DNA of 64,000 nucleotides from IMG/VR virus record IMGVR_UViG_3300035181_002344, one strand, 5' to 3'. Shown one piece after another: positions 49,998-59,489 of the stretch (within the stretch, counting starts at the first letter, position 1; every line of letters starts with the position of its first letter). The DNA is from a virus. The translations under genes and the position numbers were made by a program. The notes under the pieces were generated by a model. That model was not told the origin of the DNA, searched no databases, and saw nothing but the letters and a program-made list of their open reading frames with translations.

Positions 49998-50804
49998 TTA
50001 CGATGCTTTTTGTAATAAAGTTGCTAAATCAAACTCTTTTTCCACGAATGGGTTAGTATTCCATTCAATAAATCTCACTTTGCCGGTTCTATTAAATAAT
50101 ACCATGTCATATTTAAGGTCGTTGTCAACATACATAGAATAGACCATATTAGTTATCAGTGTTCCGGCGAGTAAATTTACAGCAAGAGATTGTGGATTGA
50201 GTAATGCATTGACGGCACAATTTTGTCTTTGTTCTCTTTCGACTGCTTCTTCTTTCTCTGCTTCTTCATTATTAAATTCATGCGGATAAACATCAACAAC
50301 TGTTCTTGACTTAGTAATTAACGAGTCATAATAAACTATTTGTCCAAATGTATCGGTATTTCCGCAGCTTAACCATGCTATTGATTGAGAATTAGTAAAC
50401 CGATTTCTTGATCTAACAAATTCATTAATTATTAAGCGTGTACGGATATTATCTACAGTATCTATAATCAAATATGTGTCTGGATTGCTATAATATCCTG
50501 ATCTATATGGATCGCAGATAGAATAGATATTATCTTTATCTAAAAAGCTATTTATATATGATACCTTTACTCCAAAAGCAAAGCCATAGCGTTTAGCTAA
50601 TACTTCTGCTTTATATTCTCCAATATCATCGACAACAAAATTTTGCCGATTACAATTTTTCTCTTCTACTTTATCTGCGTCCATAATTATAATATCCGGA
50701 GCATTAGGAAGATGACTAGCCATTCTAATGATATTTGGTATAGCATATCCTCCTGTTCCGCCAGCACCAACAAATAATATTGTGCTTCTTTTTGAGACGA
50801 CCAT
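49998..50804 (-). CDS. E1/ThiF ubiquitin-activating-like enzyme
   Basis: VGAGGTGG, D.D.VEEKN.NRQ, KAEVLA.RY, VDN...R, CA......Q...N catalytic Cys region. Confidence 0.92.
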   Translation of the reverse strand: MVVSKRSTILFVGAGGTGGYAIPNIIRMASHLPNAPDIIIMDADKVEEKNCNRQNFVVDDIGEYKAEVLAKRYGFAFGVKVSYINSFLDKDNIYSICDPYRSGYYSNPDTYLIIDTVDNIRTRLIINEFVRSRNRFTNSQSIAWLSCGNTDTFGQIVYYDSLITKSRTVVDVYPHEFNNEEAEKEEAVEREQRQNCAVNALLNPQSLAVNLLAGTLITNMVYSMYVDNDLKYDMVLFNRTGKVRFIEWNTNPFVEKEFDLATLLQKAS

Positions 50805-50806
50805 AT

Positions 50807-51751
50807 TTATCTTCTCCTGTTTTTGTAATAATCCTCGTATCCGAAGCCATATTGCATTGGATCTAAATAAGTGTGTATGCTTTCACTTGCAGGTGGATCT
50901 CCATAGATTGGTCTTGTGGATATTATTTCGTCGTCAAATAAATCGCCTTGAATAACTCTATCTTTAGTTTTGTAATCATTATTATTTGCTAGCCATTCGT
51001 TTACTCTATTTTCATAGAGACGATTAGACAACTTGTTTTCATAATCACCAAACATAGTAATATCAAATTCGTGTTTCCACAAAGGCTCAAAAACATCTTC
51101 TAAATTAAGATCAACTTTTTTATTTCCGAGTGCAAATCTTATTTGATATGTCGGATATATTTTAAATATATCGCCAATTACTAAGTGAATACTTTCTAAA
51201 TTTCGATGATCGGCATCATCAACTGCTGAAAATCTACCAGTCATTGTATGATGAGAATGTGCTTGTACTACTAAAATATTATCTTTATCCGACGGAAAAT
51301 TATCATGTTCTATATCCCATTCTACAAGAGCGCCTGAGATAATTTGTTTTGGAATCCAGAAAAAGAATTCTTGTCTTATTTTATTCCAATAAATTCGCAC
51401 ATAAACTTCTGTCTTATATTTTTGATATACCACACGGAACCATTCCAATATATCTAAAAACATTTTAGCTGGAACTTTTGGCACCTTTAATTGTATGCCT
51501 TCTTTTTGGTATTCGCCATTTACTATTCCCTTAAAATCATAACTAACTTCTTTAATAACAAAACGAGCTAAATCAGTTTCTTTAACAGTATATATACCGT
51601 CGTTTTGAATAAGCGTAGTTGAATTTACTCCCGGTTGAAAAGTATATGTTCCAATTTGTAGTACATGGCTATTATTTATTTGATTCCGTAGTTCATTTAT
51701 TGCTTGAAGTTCACTATCTGTGAAACCATTGTTTTGATTTTTCTTAGCCAT
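50807..51751 (-). CDS. JAB/MPN metallopeptidase (deubiquitinase-like; likely start 51751)
   Basis: TE...HSHH.M...FS..DD.D JAMM motif; AAGGAG RBS. Confidence 0.9.
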   Translation of the reverse strand: MAKKNQNNGFTDSELQAINELRNQINNSHVLQIGTYTFQPGVNSTTLIQNDGIYTVKETDLARFVIKEVSYDFKGIVNGEYQKEGIQLKVPKVPAKMFLDILEWFRVVYQKYKTEVYVRIYWNKIRQEFFFWIPKQIISGALVEWDIEHDNFPSDKDNILVVQAHSHHTMTGRFSAVDDADHRNLESIHLVIGDIFKIYPTYQIRFALGNKKVDLNLEDVFEPLWKHEFDITMFGDYENKLSNRLYENRVNEWLANNNDYKTKDRVIQGDLFDDEIISTRPIYGDPPASESIHTYLDPMQYGFGYEDYYKNRRR

Positions 51752-51765
51752 ATTTTGTTCTCCTT

Positions 51766-52425
51766 TTACCATAATTTTATTGCTTCTTTAATTGTTTTTC
51801 CTGACATTTGTCCACTTCTTAATATGTGAGAGGCCTCAACCCATTCTTGCTCTGATTGAAATGTAATGTTATTGACACGGCGGATATCATCCATATTAAC
51901 CAAATCCGTATTTCTTTCGGCATTAAACCACATATTAATAATTGTATTTAGTTCATGTAAACCATGAATACTTCTTAATTCTCTAGTTAAAACATCTCCC
52001 CAGCACAAACGTGCATCACCATAAACATTATTTAAGCGAACTTGGTATATTCTGGTATTTTCTCGTGGCGGATTAAAACTACTAAATATCGACGTATTAA
52101 TAACTTTATACATATTATTCTCTACCCGCAAATCAAATAAGAAATACAGATACGGATAGTGTAAATGATATTGTATATTAGAATATGTAAAATCAAGATA
52201 TTGCGTATTTCTACACACTAATACCTTCATGTTTACATCTTTAACTTCATACCATACTATCCATAGAGGCATAATCATACTTGATTCTTCTTTAATACTA
52301 AATAATTGCCTAAGCTCATCTATGGAAACTATTTTAGGTTCGTAAATATTGGCGCTTCCTTGTTTATTGATATTGTCTATAATCGCTATACGATCATATA
52401 CTGTTATATTAGCTATTTTGTTCAT
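51766..52425 (-). CDS. Prokaryotic E2 (family D/PRTRC-B-like) conjugating enzyme
   Basis: P.L.F...Y...L.NVY.D.RLCWG...F....N.DL motif with catalytic Cys. Confidence 0.8.
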   Translation of the reverse strand: MNKIANITVYDRIAIIDNINKQGSANIYEPKIVSIDELRQLFSIKEESSMIMPLWIVWYEVKDVNMKVLVCRNTQYLDFTYSNIQYHLHYPYLYFLFDLRVENNMYKVINTSIFSSFNPPRENTRIYQVRLNNVYGDARLCWGDVLTRELRSIHGLHELNTIINMWFNAERNTDLVNMDDIRRVNNITFQSEQEWVEASHILRSGQMSGKTIKEAIKLW

Positions 52426-53044
52426 CTGATAACTCCCTGATTAAAATCTTATGTATAAAATCCAGCGCTATGAAATATGATAATAAAGAAAAAGCAACCC
52501 TATGATTCCATATTGGAGATGAAGTAATAATAAGCGGATATCGAGTCTGCTCTTCTAATCCTGCATTTACAATTTGTATTAAGTAATTTGGTGCAGTATT
52601 ATCATCGCCGATATATTTCATAAAATCATTACGCAGAACATTCCATGCTTCTGCATATTTTGCTTTACCTTCACTTGTATCAACGATATTGTAAAATGTT
52701 GATGCTATAAAATTAGTAATAAAACGTGATAGCACTAATTGTAGCTCATAGCCCCTAGCTCGTGTTGTTGTTGCAGATGTTGAAAATGAACATCCGCCAA
52801 TATTTAAGACTGTTTGATGATGAGCTGCTGAATATTGTTCAATAAGAGGATTCATATTTTCTCTATAATATTTTTCAACAGCTTTAATAATTGTAAACAT
52901 TATTCTTCTGTTGTAACTTGCGGTTAATTGCCATTGGTTGCGTGTAGTAATAAATCTTTTATCTAATGCGTATTTAACCAGCAGCAATAGCCGTAAGTTT
53001 GTTGATACGTTTTGCATGTTAGCAATTACTTTGTCGTCATACAT
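52409..53044 (-). CDS. Hypothetical protein in Ubl operon
   Basis: Overlaps both neighbours. Confidence 0.55.
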   Translation of the reverse strand: MYDDKVIANMQNVSTNLRLLLLVKYALDKRFITTRNQWQLTASYNRRIMFTIIKAVEKYYRENMNPLIEQYSAAHHQTVLNIGGCSFSTSATTTRARGYELQLVLSRFITNFIASTFYNIVDTSEGKAKYAEAWNVLRNDFMKYIGDDNTAPNYLIQIVNAGLEEQTRYPLIITSSPIWNHRVAFSLLSYFIALDFIHKILIRELSDEQNS

Positions 53045-53294
53045 AGTTTTTACTCATTTTAAATGTTGATTGAACATAACGTAATCTATCAGTAATAATA
53101 TAATTGTAGTTTATTTCAAAATTAGTTAGACTTTTTGCTTCTTCCGCTGTCATTTCTGCGATTCTCCGTAATGATGGATCAGCACATAACTCATATAAGA
53201 GTTTAAGTTGAGGATTATCTTGTAATCCTGCGAATTTGGTTAAAATATCTTGTCCGGTTAACATAAGATCTCCGTAATAAAAAAGCCCCTCCAC
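53037..53294 (-). CDS. Hypothetical protein in Ubl operon
   Basis: 85 aa, overlaps downstream ORF. Confidence 0.5.
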   Translation of the reverse strand: MEGLFYYGDLMLTGQDILTKFAGLQDNPQLKLLYELCADPSLRRIAEMTAEEAKSLTNFEINYNYIITDRLRYVQSTFKMSKNYV

Positions 53295-53321
53295 ATAACG
53301 TAGAGGGACTTTGGTTGTGGA

Positions 53322-53510
53322 TTATTTACCAAGTTTGCCAGCTTTCATTTTGAAATTGATAACTTTGTTTCCAGAATCATCTGTATAAACTTCTGCTACT
53401 GTGTCATCAATTTCTGGTGCATGACCACGCAATGCAGCTTTAGCAGCATCTACACTAATGTCACCTGGAACTGTTGCTGTCATATCAGCATATTTTACGA
53501 TTGTTGCCAT
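53322..53510 (-). CDS. Ubiquitin-like small protein (PRTRC-C-like)
   Basis: 62 aa; PEI..A...V.F..KAG.LG-K tail; AAGGAG RBS; upstream of E2-JAB-E1. Confidence 0.75.
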   Translation of the reverse strand: MATIVKYADMTATVPGDISVDAAKAALRGHAPEIDDTVAEVYTDDSGNKVINFKMKAGKLGK

Positions 53511-53524
53511 GGATACGTTACTCC

Positions 53525-53821
53525 TTAATTTTGTGCGTTATTAATTAATGATTGAAATACGCTTGCTGTTAACGGTTCTCTTCTTGGTTGTTGAGATTCC
53601 GTTTGCTCACGTTGTACGTAATTATTTAAGATATCTTGGAATGTTTCCTGAGTTAAGACAAGGGTGTCATTAAGCTGATCGTTGACATTATTCAAATTGT
53701 CTTCCGACATTTGATCATTGTCGTCAAGACGATATTCTACTGTTTCAACGCCGCTGAATTCGAGTACGCCACCTGGAACGTATAACTCAAGAACGCTTCC
53801 TTCTAATCTGAAGCTAATCAT
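53525..53821 (-). CDS. Hypothetical acidic protein
   Basis: GGAGG RBS; probable first gene of the Ubl operon. Confidence 0.6.
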   Translation of the reverse strand: MISFRLEGSVLELYVPGGVLEFSGVETVEYRLDDNDQMSEDNLNNVNDQLNDTLVLTQETFQDILNNYVQREQTESQQPRREPLTASVFQSLINNAQN

Positions 53822-53873
53822 TTGTTACCTCCGATAATATTGGATTTGTTAATTAGATTTTTTTTACTGTATT

Positions 53874-56800
53874 TTAATAATCCACATCTTCTTCGGCGAA
53901 TTCTGCCTCTTCTTCATCTATTTCTTCAATAACTGAAGATGATTCAAGAATATCGTTGATATACGGGCGAATTATTTTACAGTATCCTATTTTAGATAGA
54001 TGATTATCATCTATGTTGTTTAGATTATCAACAAGGCCTGCTATATATTCTGAATCTCCGCCTGAATGAATTCTAGAAATTGTAATTATGGTTTTATCCT
54101 CTTTCGCTAATTTCATGGCTTGTAAATATAAATCAGCATCTTCAGGAGTCATATCTAGCATATTTGTTAATATAGGCTTGATTAACTCTACTTGCTCTTC
54201 TCCAAAATTAGATAAAGCAAATACATCATAACCAGAAGCCCCACCTTCTATATGTTTAACTCCTTCAATAACCGTATCTTGCAGAATGCGCGAAGTGATA
54301 TGCTGTAGGTACATCATCTTATGTTTATTGATATTACCATTAGCATACATCCATTCAATTGCAGTATGGATTCTCCATAAGTCTACAGTCCCCATTCCTA
54401 TTCTTGTTTTGGCTATTGCTGCGTCAGCTAATATATCAGCAAATTTATCGCGTGAAATTTCATAATATTTGAATGGTTTCTCTTCAACATCTAGAAATTT
54501 CTCGTTTTTGCTAATTTCGCTTTTGATATATTGTGTTATCCAACGTTTTTCATAACCTAACAAATAGTCAGGATTAGCAGAATATTTAGCTAATTCTTGT
54601 TGAATAGATTGATGCAGAGGCACAGCAATAGGATATAAGTCGCCATCTGTATCTGATTTGTCAAGCAGGATATCTATCGTATTACGCAGAACAGCGCCGG
54701 CAGTATATTCTGGCAACACAATCTGATTGATATCCATTTTGTATTCTTTCTTAAGATATTTAGCAAACTGATTAAGCGTAAGAACTTCTCTTGTATGGAA
54801 TTGAAATCGCCAAATAACTGGGTTTCTCACTCCAATTTCATAGATACGTTTAAGACCCGTTTGCTTTTTGAATGCTTGGATTTGTTTAATGAGTCTTTGG
54901 TCAAGAACAACTGTCGTTCTTCTTGGCACATAGACACTTGCTAGTTGTTTGAGATTTCCTCCAGGTAATTCTGGGGAAGTAACTTGAGATAATGCGGCTC
55001 TTTTAGAAAATATCTCATGATTGATATAAAAGATATACTTCTTGAGATTTTCTAAAAGCTGTTCTTTTGTCGCTTCTCGTTTGTAAAGTTTTCGAAGGGT
55101 CATTAATATAAATTGAGAAAATGTAACAAATTGCGGATAAGTAACTGTACCCGCCCCAACATATGTCATTTGCTCAATAATATTAAAGCTTGGAAATCTT
55201 ATATATCTATTCTCATATTTTACATAGAATCCTTGGTTAAATGGATTAAGTAGGATATTATTAGTATTATATGAGACACTCCATGACGATGGATTAAAAT
55301 AACTCCTCGATATTTTATCTTGAAAAACTGGGTCGTCCCATTGATATACTGGAGTTCCATCATTATATCGGTTGAAAGATCTCAATTTGAGGAGTTGCTT
55401 TAAAATTCCTTTGTTTGATCCGTTTATGTAATTGTCATAGATTAGATTTGCGGCTTTTTCAAGATGATGATTATTTGCATTATACATATATTTCATCGTT
55501 TCTTGCATTACACGTACACCATTACTTTTACAATCATTACTAAGATCGGTAACGCCAAAACTCATAAGACCAAAGTAAACCTTATAAGTTTTGCCCATAT
55601 AGACCCAGTCAACTTGTTGTAATTCTTGGCACATAATGTTGACTTCATCTTCGGGATAATCATTAGCATTTAATGTGATAGAATCGTCTGGGCCATTTTC
55701 TGATAAAACAAAGTTTAACCAGCTCATTTTAATGCCATTGTGTCCGCTTTTAAGGGAAGTTGGACCAATGACCATCTGGACTGGTATTTTATCTTTGCCG
55801 AATTGTTTTGGTGGTATAATATATCCTAGATCCTCTCTTGGATGCGTAACACCTTTAAGTCCATAATCTGATATTAATCTAGCAACTCCCATTTTGGCTA
55901 CAATCTTCACGATAATTTTATAAGAGTTGTACATGGGGATTATATCTTCGATCACTCCACCTTTGTAATTAATATCATATATAACTGCAGGGAATCCTTC
56001 GAGATCATAAGCTATTATATCACCAGGATTTAATACATCGCCTTTTTGAGCTAAAATGACATCTTTGTTGGGAGTCATAAAAGTGCGGCGAACAAAGAAT
56101 TCTTTTTCGGCTAATTGCTTATTAATGAGTATCTCGCCAACGGATAATGTAAATTTACCTAGCGGCGATTGATCTTCAGTTTTGTCTGTTGTTATTGGTA
56201 TAAAAACAGTATAAGCATTAATCTTTTCTTTATTATTACTTTCAAATAAATGATCCTGTTCTGGCTCTAATGGCTGTAATAATTCACTGGTATAGTGCAA
56301 TCTTAGTCTTTCTGGCAAAGATGACTTAGGCTCATATATTGAAGTAATTGCGTTATCTGTAGAAGAATATCCTGCGGCTTGTATTTGCTTACCAAACAAG
56401 TTACAGTAAATTCCTTCGGATAATTCATCTACGCGAATTGGATCATTAAATAGCTTAGAATATTTCCTAATATCTTCTTCGGATTTTGGAATAGCGGATT
56501 CCCATAATGCTCTACCAATACAATCGTAATATTCCTTTTTATTATTCTTTTGTCTGAATGTTTTTACTATGCGAATACGATGCTCAATTTTTAGACGATT
56601 ATTATAACTGACAGGCTCTATTTTCATTAAGCCATCCAAAACTTTAGAAACATCTTTTCTAAGGAATTTATGATGTATATATTTATAGTCAGATCGCCTG
56701 AAATATTCTAGTCTATCCATTACAACAAGGATTAGCATTTTATCTACATCAAGAATGCATTCATCGTCGTCTAAATAGAAATATGGAGATAAACGAATAT

Positions 56801-56966
56801 CGTCTGCTGTCAATTTTGGAATGATAACTGGAGAATTAAACTGATTATTAAAAATTAACTCATAATGATCTCCGTTACGCATACGGAATAAAGATCCCGC
56901 ATAAAAATTTAATACATTATCCAAGCTATTAATTTTATCTAAACGTTCGAGTATTTTTTTATACAT
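53874..56966 (-). CDS. Single-chain two-barrel RNA polymerase (beta-like plus beta'-like segments)
   Basis: Beta-like RLISDYGLKGV and IPVQMVIGPTSL; beta'-like RNPVIW and catalytic KSDTDGD. Confidence 0.8.
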   Translation of the reverse strand: MYKKILERLDKINSLDNVLNFYAGSLFRMRNGDHYELIFNNQFNSPVIIPKLTADDIRLSPYFYLDDDECILDVDKMLILVVMDRLEYFRRSDYKYIHHKFLRKDVSKVLDGLMKIEPVSYNNRLKIEHRIRIVKTFRQKNNKKEYYDCIGRALWESAIPKSEEDIRKYSKLFNDPIRVDELSEGIYCNLFGKQIQAAGYSSTDNAITSIYEPKSSLPERLRLHYTSELLQPLEPEQDHLFESNNKEKINAYTVFIPITTDKTEDQSPLGKFTLSVGEILINKQLAEKEFFVRRTFMTPNKDVILAQKGDVLNPGDIIAYDLEGFPAVIYDINYKGGVIEDIIPMYNSYKIIVKIVAKMGVARLISDYGLKGVTHPREDLGYIIPPKQFGKDKIPVQMVIGPTSLKSGHNGIKMSWLNFVLSENGPDDSITLNANDYPEDEVNIMCQELQQVDWVYMGKTYKVYFGLMSFGVTDLSNDCKSNGVRVMQETMKYMYNANNHHLEKAANLIYDNYINGSNKGILKQLLKLRSFNRYNDGTPVYQWDDPVFQDKISRSYFNPSSWSVSYNTNNILLNPFNQGFYVKYENRYIRFPSFNIIEQMTYVGAGTVTYPQFVTFSQFILMTLRKLYKREATKEQLLENLKKYIFYINHEIFSKRAALSQVTSPELPGGNLKQLASVYVPRRTTVVLDQRLIKQIQAFKKQTGLKRIYEIGVRNPVIWRFQFHTREVLTLNQFAKYLKKEYKMDINQIVLPEYTAGAVLRNTIDILLDKSDTDGDLYPIAVPLHQSIQQELAKYSANPDYLLGYEKRWITQYIKSEISKNEKFLDVEEKPFKYYEISRDKFADILADAAIAKTRIGMGTVDLWRIHTAIEWMYANGNINKHKMMYLQHITSRILQDTVIEGVKHIEGGASGYDVFALSNFGEEQVELIKPILTNMLDMTPEDADLYLQAMKLAKEDKTIITISRIHSGGDSEYIAGLVDNLNNIDDNHLSKIGYCKIIRPYINDILESSSVIEEIDEEEAEFAEEDVDY

Positions 56967-57342
56967 TTAGACTCCTCAAAGCATTTTGAATTATTTTTAT
57001 AAATTCATAGGATACTAGTCCAGAATATTCACGATCAATAATTACATCCTTATGCGTGTATTTGCCAGAGAATTTGTTGTTGAATAGATTAGAAAAATAG
57101 TCGGCATTTGTTCCGAGAAATATAAACGAACCAACAAATCCGGCTTGTATTTGAGCATTACTGAAAGCTTTCGTAACAACATTATTGTTGCGGTATTCGA
57201 AAGTTAAGCCTTTGAATACGATCAAATGTCCTATAGTTTCTCCATTGCCATATTCGTTTAGAATAGGAGTGATAATTTTAACGGCCTTGCTATCCTTAAT
57301 AAATGGAGCTATAAGTTTTACTTTGTCTCCCTCGACGATCAT
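56959..57342 (-). CDS. Hypothetical protein
   Basis: AAGGAG RBS; overlaps RNAP start. Confidence 0.55.
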   Translation of the reverse strand: MIVEGDKVKLIAPFIKDSKAVKIITPILNEYGNGETIGHLIVFKGLTFEYRNNNVVTKAFSNAQIQAGFVGSFIFLGTNADYFSNLFNNKFSGKYTHKDVIIDREYSGLVSYEFIKIIQNALRSLNV

Positions 57343-57361
57343 AATGACTCCTTTAGATTAA

Positions 57362-57562
57362 TTAAATATCTTCTTCCATTGAAGGTATTTGCCCGTCAAT
57401 TTCATAATCTTCTGGTTCTGGTACAGTAGAAAAGAATAAAACCATATCCGTTTTGGTATTTTTATCTTTGAACCAAACTGCTCCTGTAGATGTAGATATA
57501 TCTATTGGTTCGATATTATGGTTTTGCATAATTTTTTTAACGGCGTCTAAAAATTCTTGCAT
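57362..57562 (-). CDS. Hypothetical protein (likely start 57562)
   Basis: AAGGAG RBS before MQEFL. Confidence 0.55.
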   Translation of the reverse strand: MQEFLDAVKKIMQNHNIEPIDISTSTGAVWFKDKNTKTDMVLFFSTVPEPEDYEIDGQIPSMEEDI

Positions 57563-57586
57563 GATAATCTCCTTTGCTTTAATTAG

Positions 57587-57616
57587 TAAAACAAAGCCCC
57601 TCGCAATAAGGGGCTT
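57587..57616 (-). terminator. Intrinsic terminator
   Basis: AAGCCCCT/AGGGGCTT stem followed by TGTTTT on the minus strand. Confidence 0.7.
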
Positions 57617-57638
57617 CTCCTTCGCGCAAACCAAGTTG

Positions 57639-57839
57639 TTAAACAAGTACGGCAGATACACTGGCAATAGCCTGAACGACTCTTGCAGCGATAACAAATC
57701 CGGATGCAAAGGCTGGTGATACAAGTCCGATTAAGAGAAGAGCTGCTATTAAAAGCGCCCATTTCTTCATATTTGATGGTAATGGCCCATGAACTTGATT
57801 TACTAAGCCTTTCATTCCGAGTGTTTGTTGATTGTGCAT
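57639..57839 (-). CDS. Small membrane/secreted peptide precursor
   Basis: GGAGG RBS; KK-hydrophobic-PAFA signal-like segment then a 21-aa hydrophobic tail; own terminator. Confidence 0.6.
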   Translation of the reverse strand: MHNQQTLGMKGLVNQVHGPLPSNMKKWALLIAALLLIGLVSPAFASGFVIAARVVQAIASVSAVLV

Positions 57840-57862
57840 CTAACCTCCATATAGTTTGCGGG

Positions 57863-58339
57863 TTAAATGCTTATTTCTTTTATCTTTTCTATATCATCGA
57901 GATTTATTCGCTTTTGAGTCTCTACGTTTTTGATCTGTCTAATTTTTTCATCCTTGCCAAGTGATTTTATTTCATAGCCATTTTTCTCAATATTATGAAA
58001 GACCACCACTTCAAAACGTTGAGGCATAGTAAATTTATCTTCTTCGGTTTTGATAAGCACATTTATATAGAATTCGGCGTATGTAAATGGCATAAAGCCC
58101 TTATACATATCTAAGCATGGAACTAATTCTTTGATGTATTCTTTAAATTCAGGAACTGTCAAAATTGTAGATCTTTTCTTGAATACTCCTTTAATAAATG
58201 GACCGCTATCATAATTTCCAAACGAATATATTCCCATGCTAATATTGTATTTATTCGCCAAATCCAATATCTTTGTTTCGTAACCCGGTGCAACAAGCAT
58301 TCTATTAGCTAATAAGAGTGTGGTTATTTGCTGTTCCAT
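57863..58339 (-). CDS. Hypothetical protein
   Basis: GAGG RBS. Confidence 0.55.
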   Translation of the reverse strand: MEQQITTLLLANRMLVAPGYETKILDLANKYNISMGIYSFGNYDSGPFIKGVFKKRSTILTVPEFKEYIKELVPCLDMYKGFMPFTYAEFYINVLIKTEEDKFTMPQRFEVVVFHNIEKNGYEIKSLGKDEKIRQIKNVETQKRINLDDIEKIKEISI

Positions 58340-58371
58340 AGAGCCTCACAAGTTTGAAATTCATTAATAAT

Positions 58372-58590
58372 TCATTTATCAAGCTCGGCTCCGCAGACTT
58401 CACATTCAAGAAAAGAAAGCGGATCATTCGGGTCCTTTTCTGTAACTATTGGATGCGGACAAGCTTGACGTAAATCTGATAGTCTTTGATATAATGACTG
58501 CTTAGCTTTACGAGCGTTTTCATCGATTTCTCTGATTTCTGATTCGATTTTATATCGCTCGACAAATATTTCATATGCTTTTCGTGTCAT
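58372..58590 (-). CDS. Small coiled-coil/Zn-finger protein
   Basis: CPH...CEVCG. Confidence 0.6.
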   Translation of the reverse strand: MTRKAYEIFVERYKIESEIREIDENARKAKQSLYQRLSDLRQACPHPIVTEKDPNDPLSFLECEVCGAELDK

Positions 58591-58602
58591 GGATTATCTC
58601 CT

Positions 58603-59076
58603 TTAATGTTGCGGTTCTATAAAACTTGCGTCTTTTATAATCTTCCCATCTGCATCTTTTTTACTACCCTTAGCATCATTATGATCGCAAATTCTTTTTA
58701 ATACAATTGCCGGATCCATTTCTAATTTATAGTTTGTACCAACTGATATGAATTGTATATCTCCAATTGCATCAACTAATGCGGATCTTGTAATTTTGCG
58801 TATTTTTGGCTCTCCTGTTGCTGGATCAATAGATGTTATTGTTAATATATCATTCTTCATTTCTGTTTGTTTACTAGAGTGTTTATTTGCAAATTCAACA
58901 GCCATAGCTTTTGCTTCTTTATTACTATATCCGCAGAATTCAAATAATTCTTCGGCTAGCATTCTGGTTTCTAAATAATGATCAAAATTGTCATTGTTAC
59001 GGATATGATTCCATCTCATTATTCTGATAAATAAATCTTGTGATGTTTCGTTTGTATTTGTAATCTCTTGTTTCAT
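58603..59076 (-). CDS. MazG-like NTP pyrophosphohydrolase
   Basis: EEL.E...VDAIGD..F..G...N..K...D..GKI.K. Confidence 0.8.
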   Translation of the reverse strand: MKQEITNTNETSQDLFIRIMRWNHIRNNDNFDHYLETRMLAEELFEFCGYSNKEAKAMAVEFANKHSSKQTEMKNDILTITSIDPATGEPKIRKITRSALVDAIGDIQFISVGTNYKLEMDPAIVLKRICDHNDAKGSKKDADGKIIKDASFIEPQH

Positions 59077-59104
59077 GAATGCTCCATTTTATTATATTAT
59101 TTAA

Positions 59105-59488
59105 TTAGCTCGTAAATAATTTTTTGGCTCTTTCTGCTCTTTCTTCAAATAAAGATTTTTGCGGCTTTTGTATTTGATCAAGAACCTCGTCTTCATTTAA
59201 TTCAGGATTATCTGCAATCGCCATTACTAATGTAGCAATTAAAGAAATCTCCTGAATTTGCATATTATCAATAACCTTTGATTTTTCATTCATATAACCG
59301 TCAACAATAACAAATTGATTTTCTAAGCCTTCAAATTTAGATGCATTTTCACGAAAGGCAATAACGTTTAAATATTTGTTATTTTTATATTTAATTCTCG
59401 CACGACACATTAATCCTTTGCTATCATTGTTTATGATATCAACGGATTCAACTTTACCAACTATTGAGAATGACGCTTTTCCTTCCAT
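59105..59488 (-). CDS. OB-fold single-stranded DNA-binding protein
   Basis: IVGKV...LNVIAF...A...V.VDG.M SSB pattern. Confidence 0.65.
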   Translation of the reverse strand: MEGKASFSIVGKVESVDIINNDSKGLMCRARIKYKNNKYLNVIAFRENASKFEGLENQFVIVDGYMNEKSKVIDNMQIQEISLIATLVMAIADNPELNEDEVLDQIQKPQKSLFEERAERAKKLFTS

Positions 59489-59489
59489 A

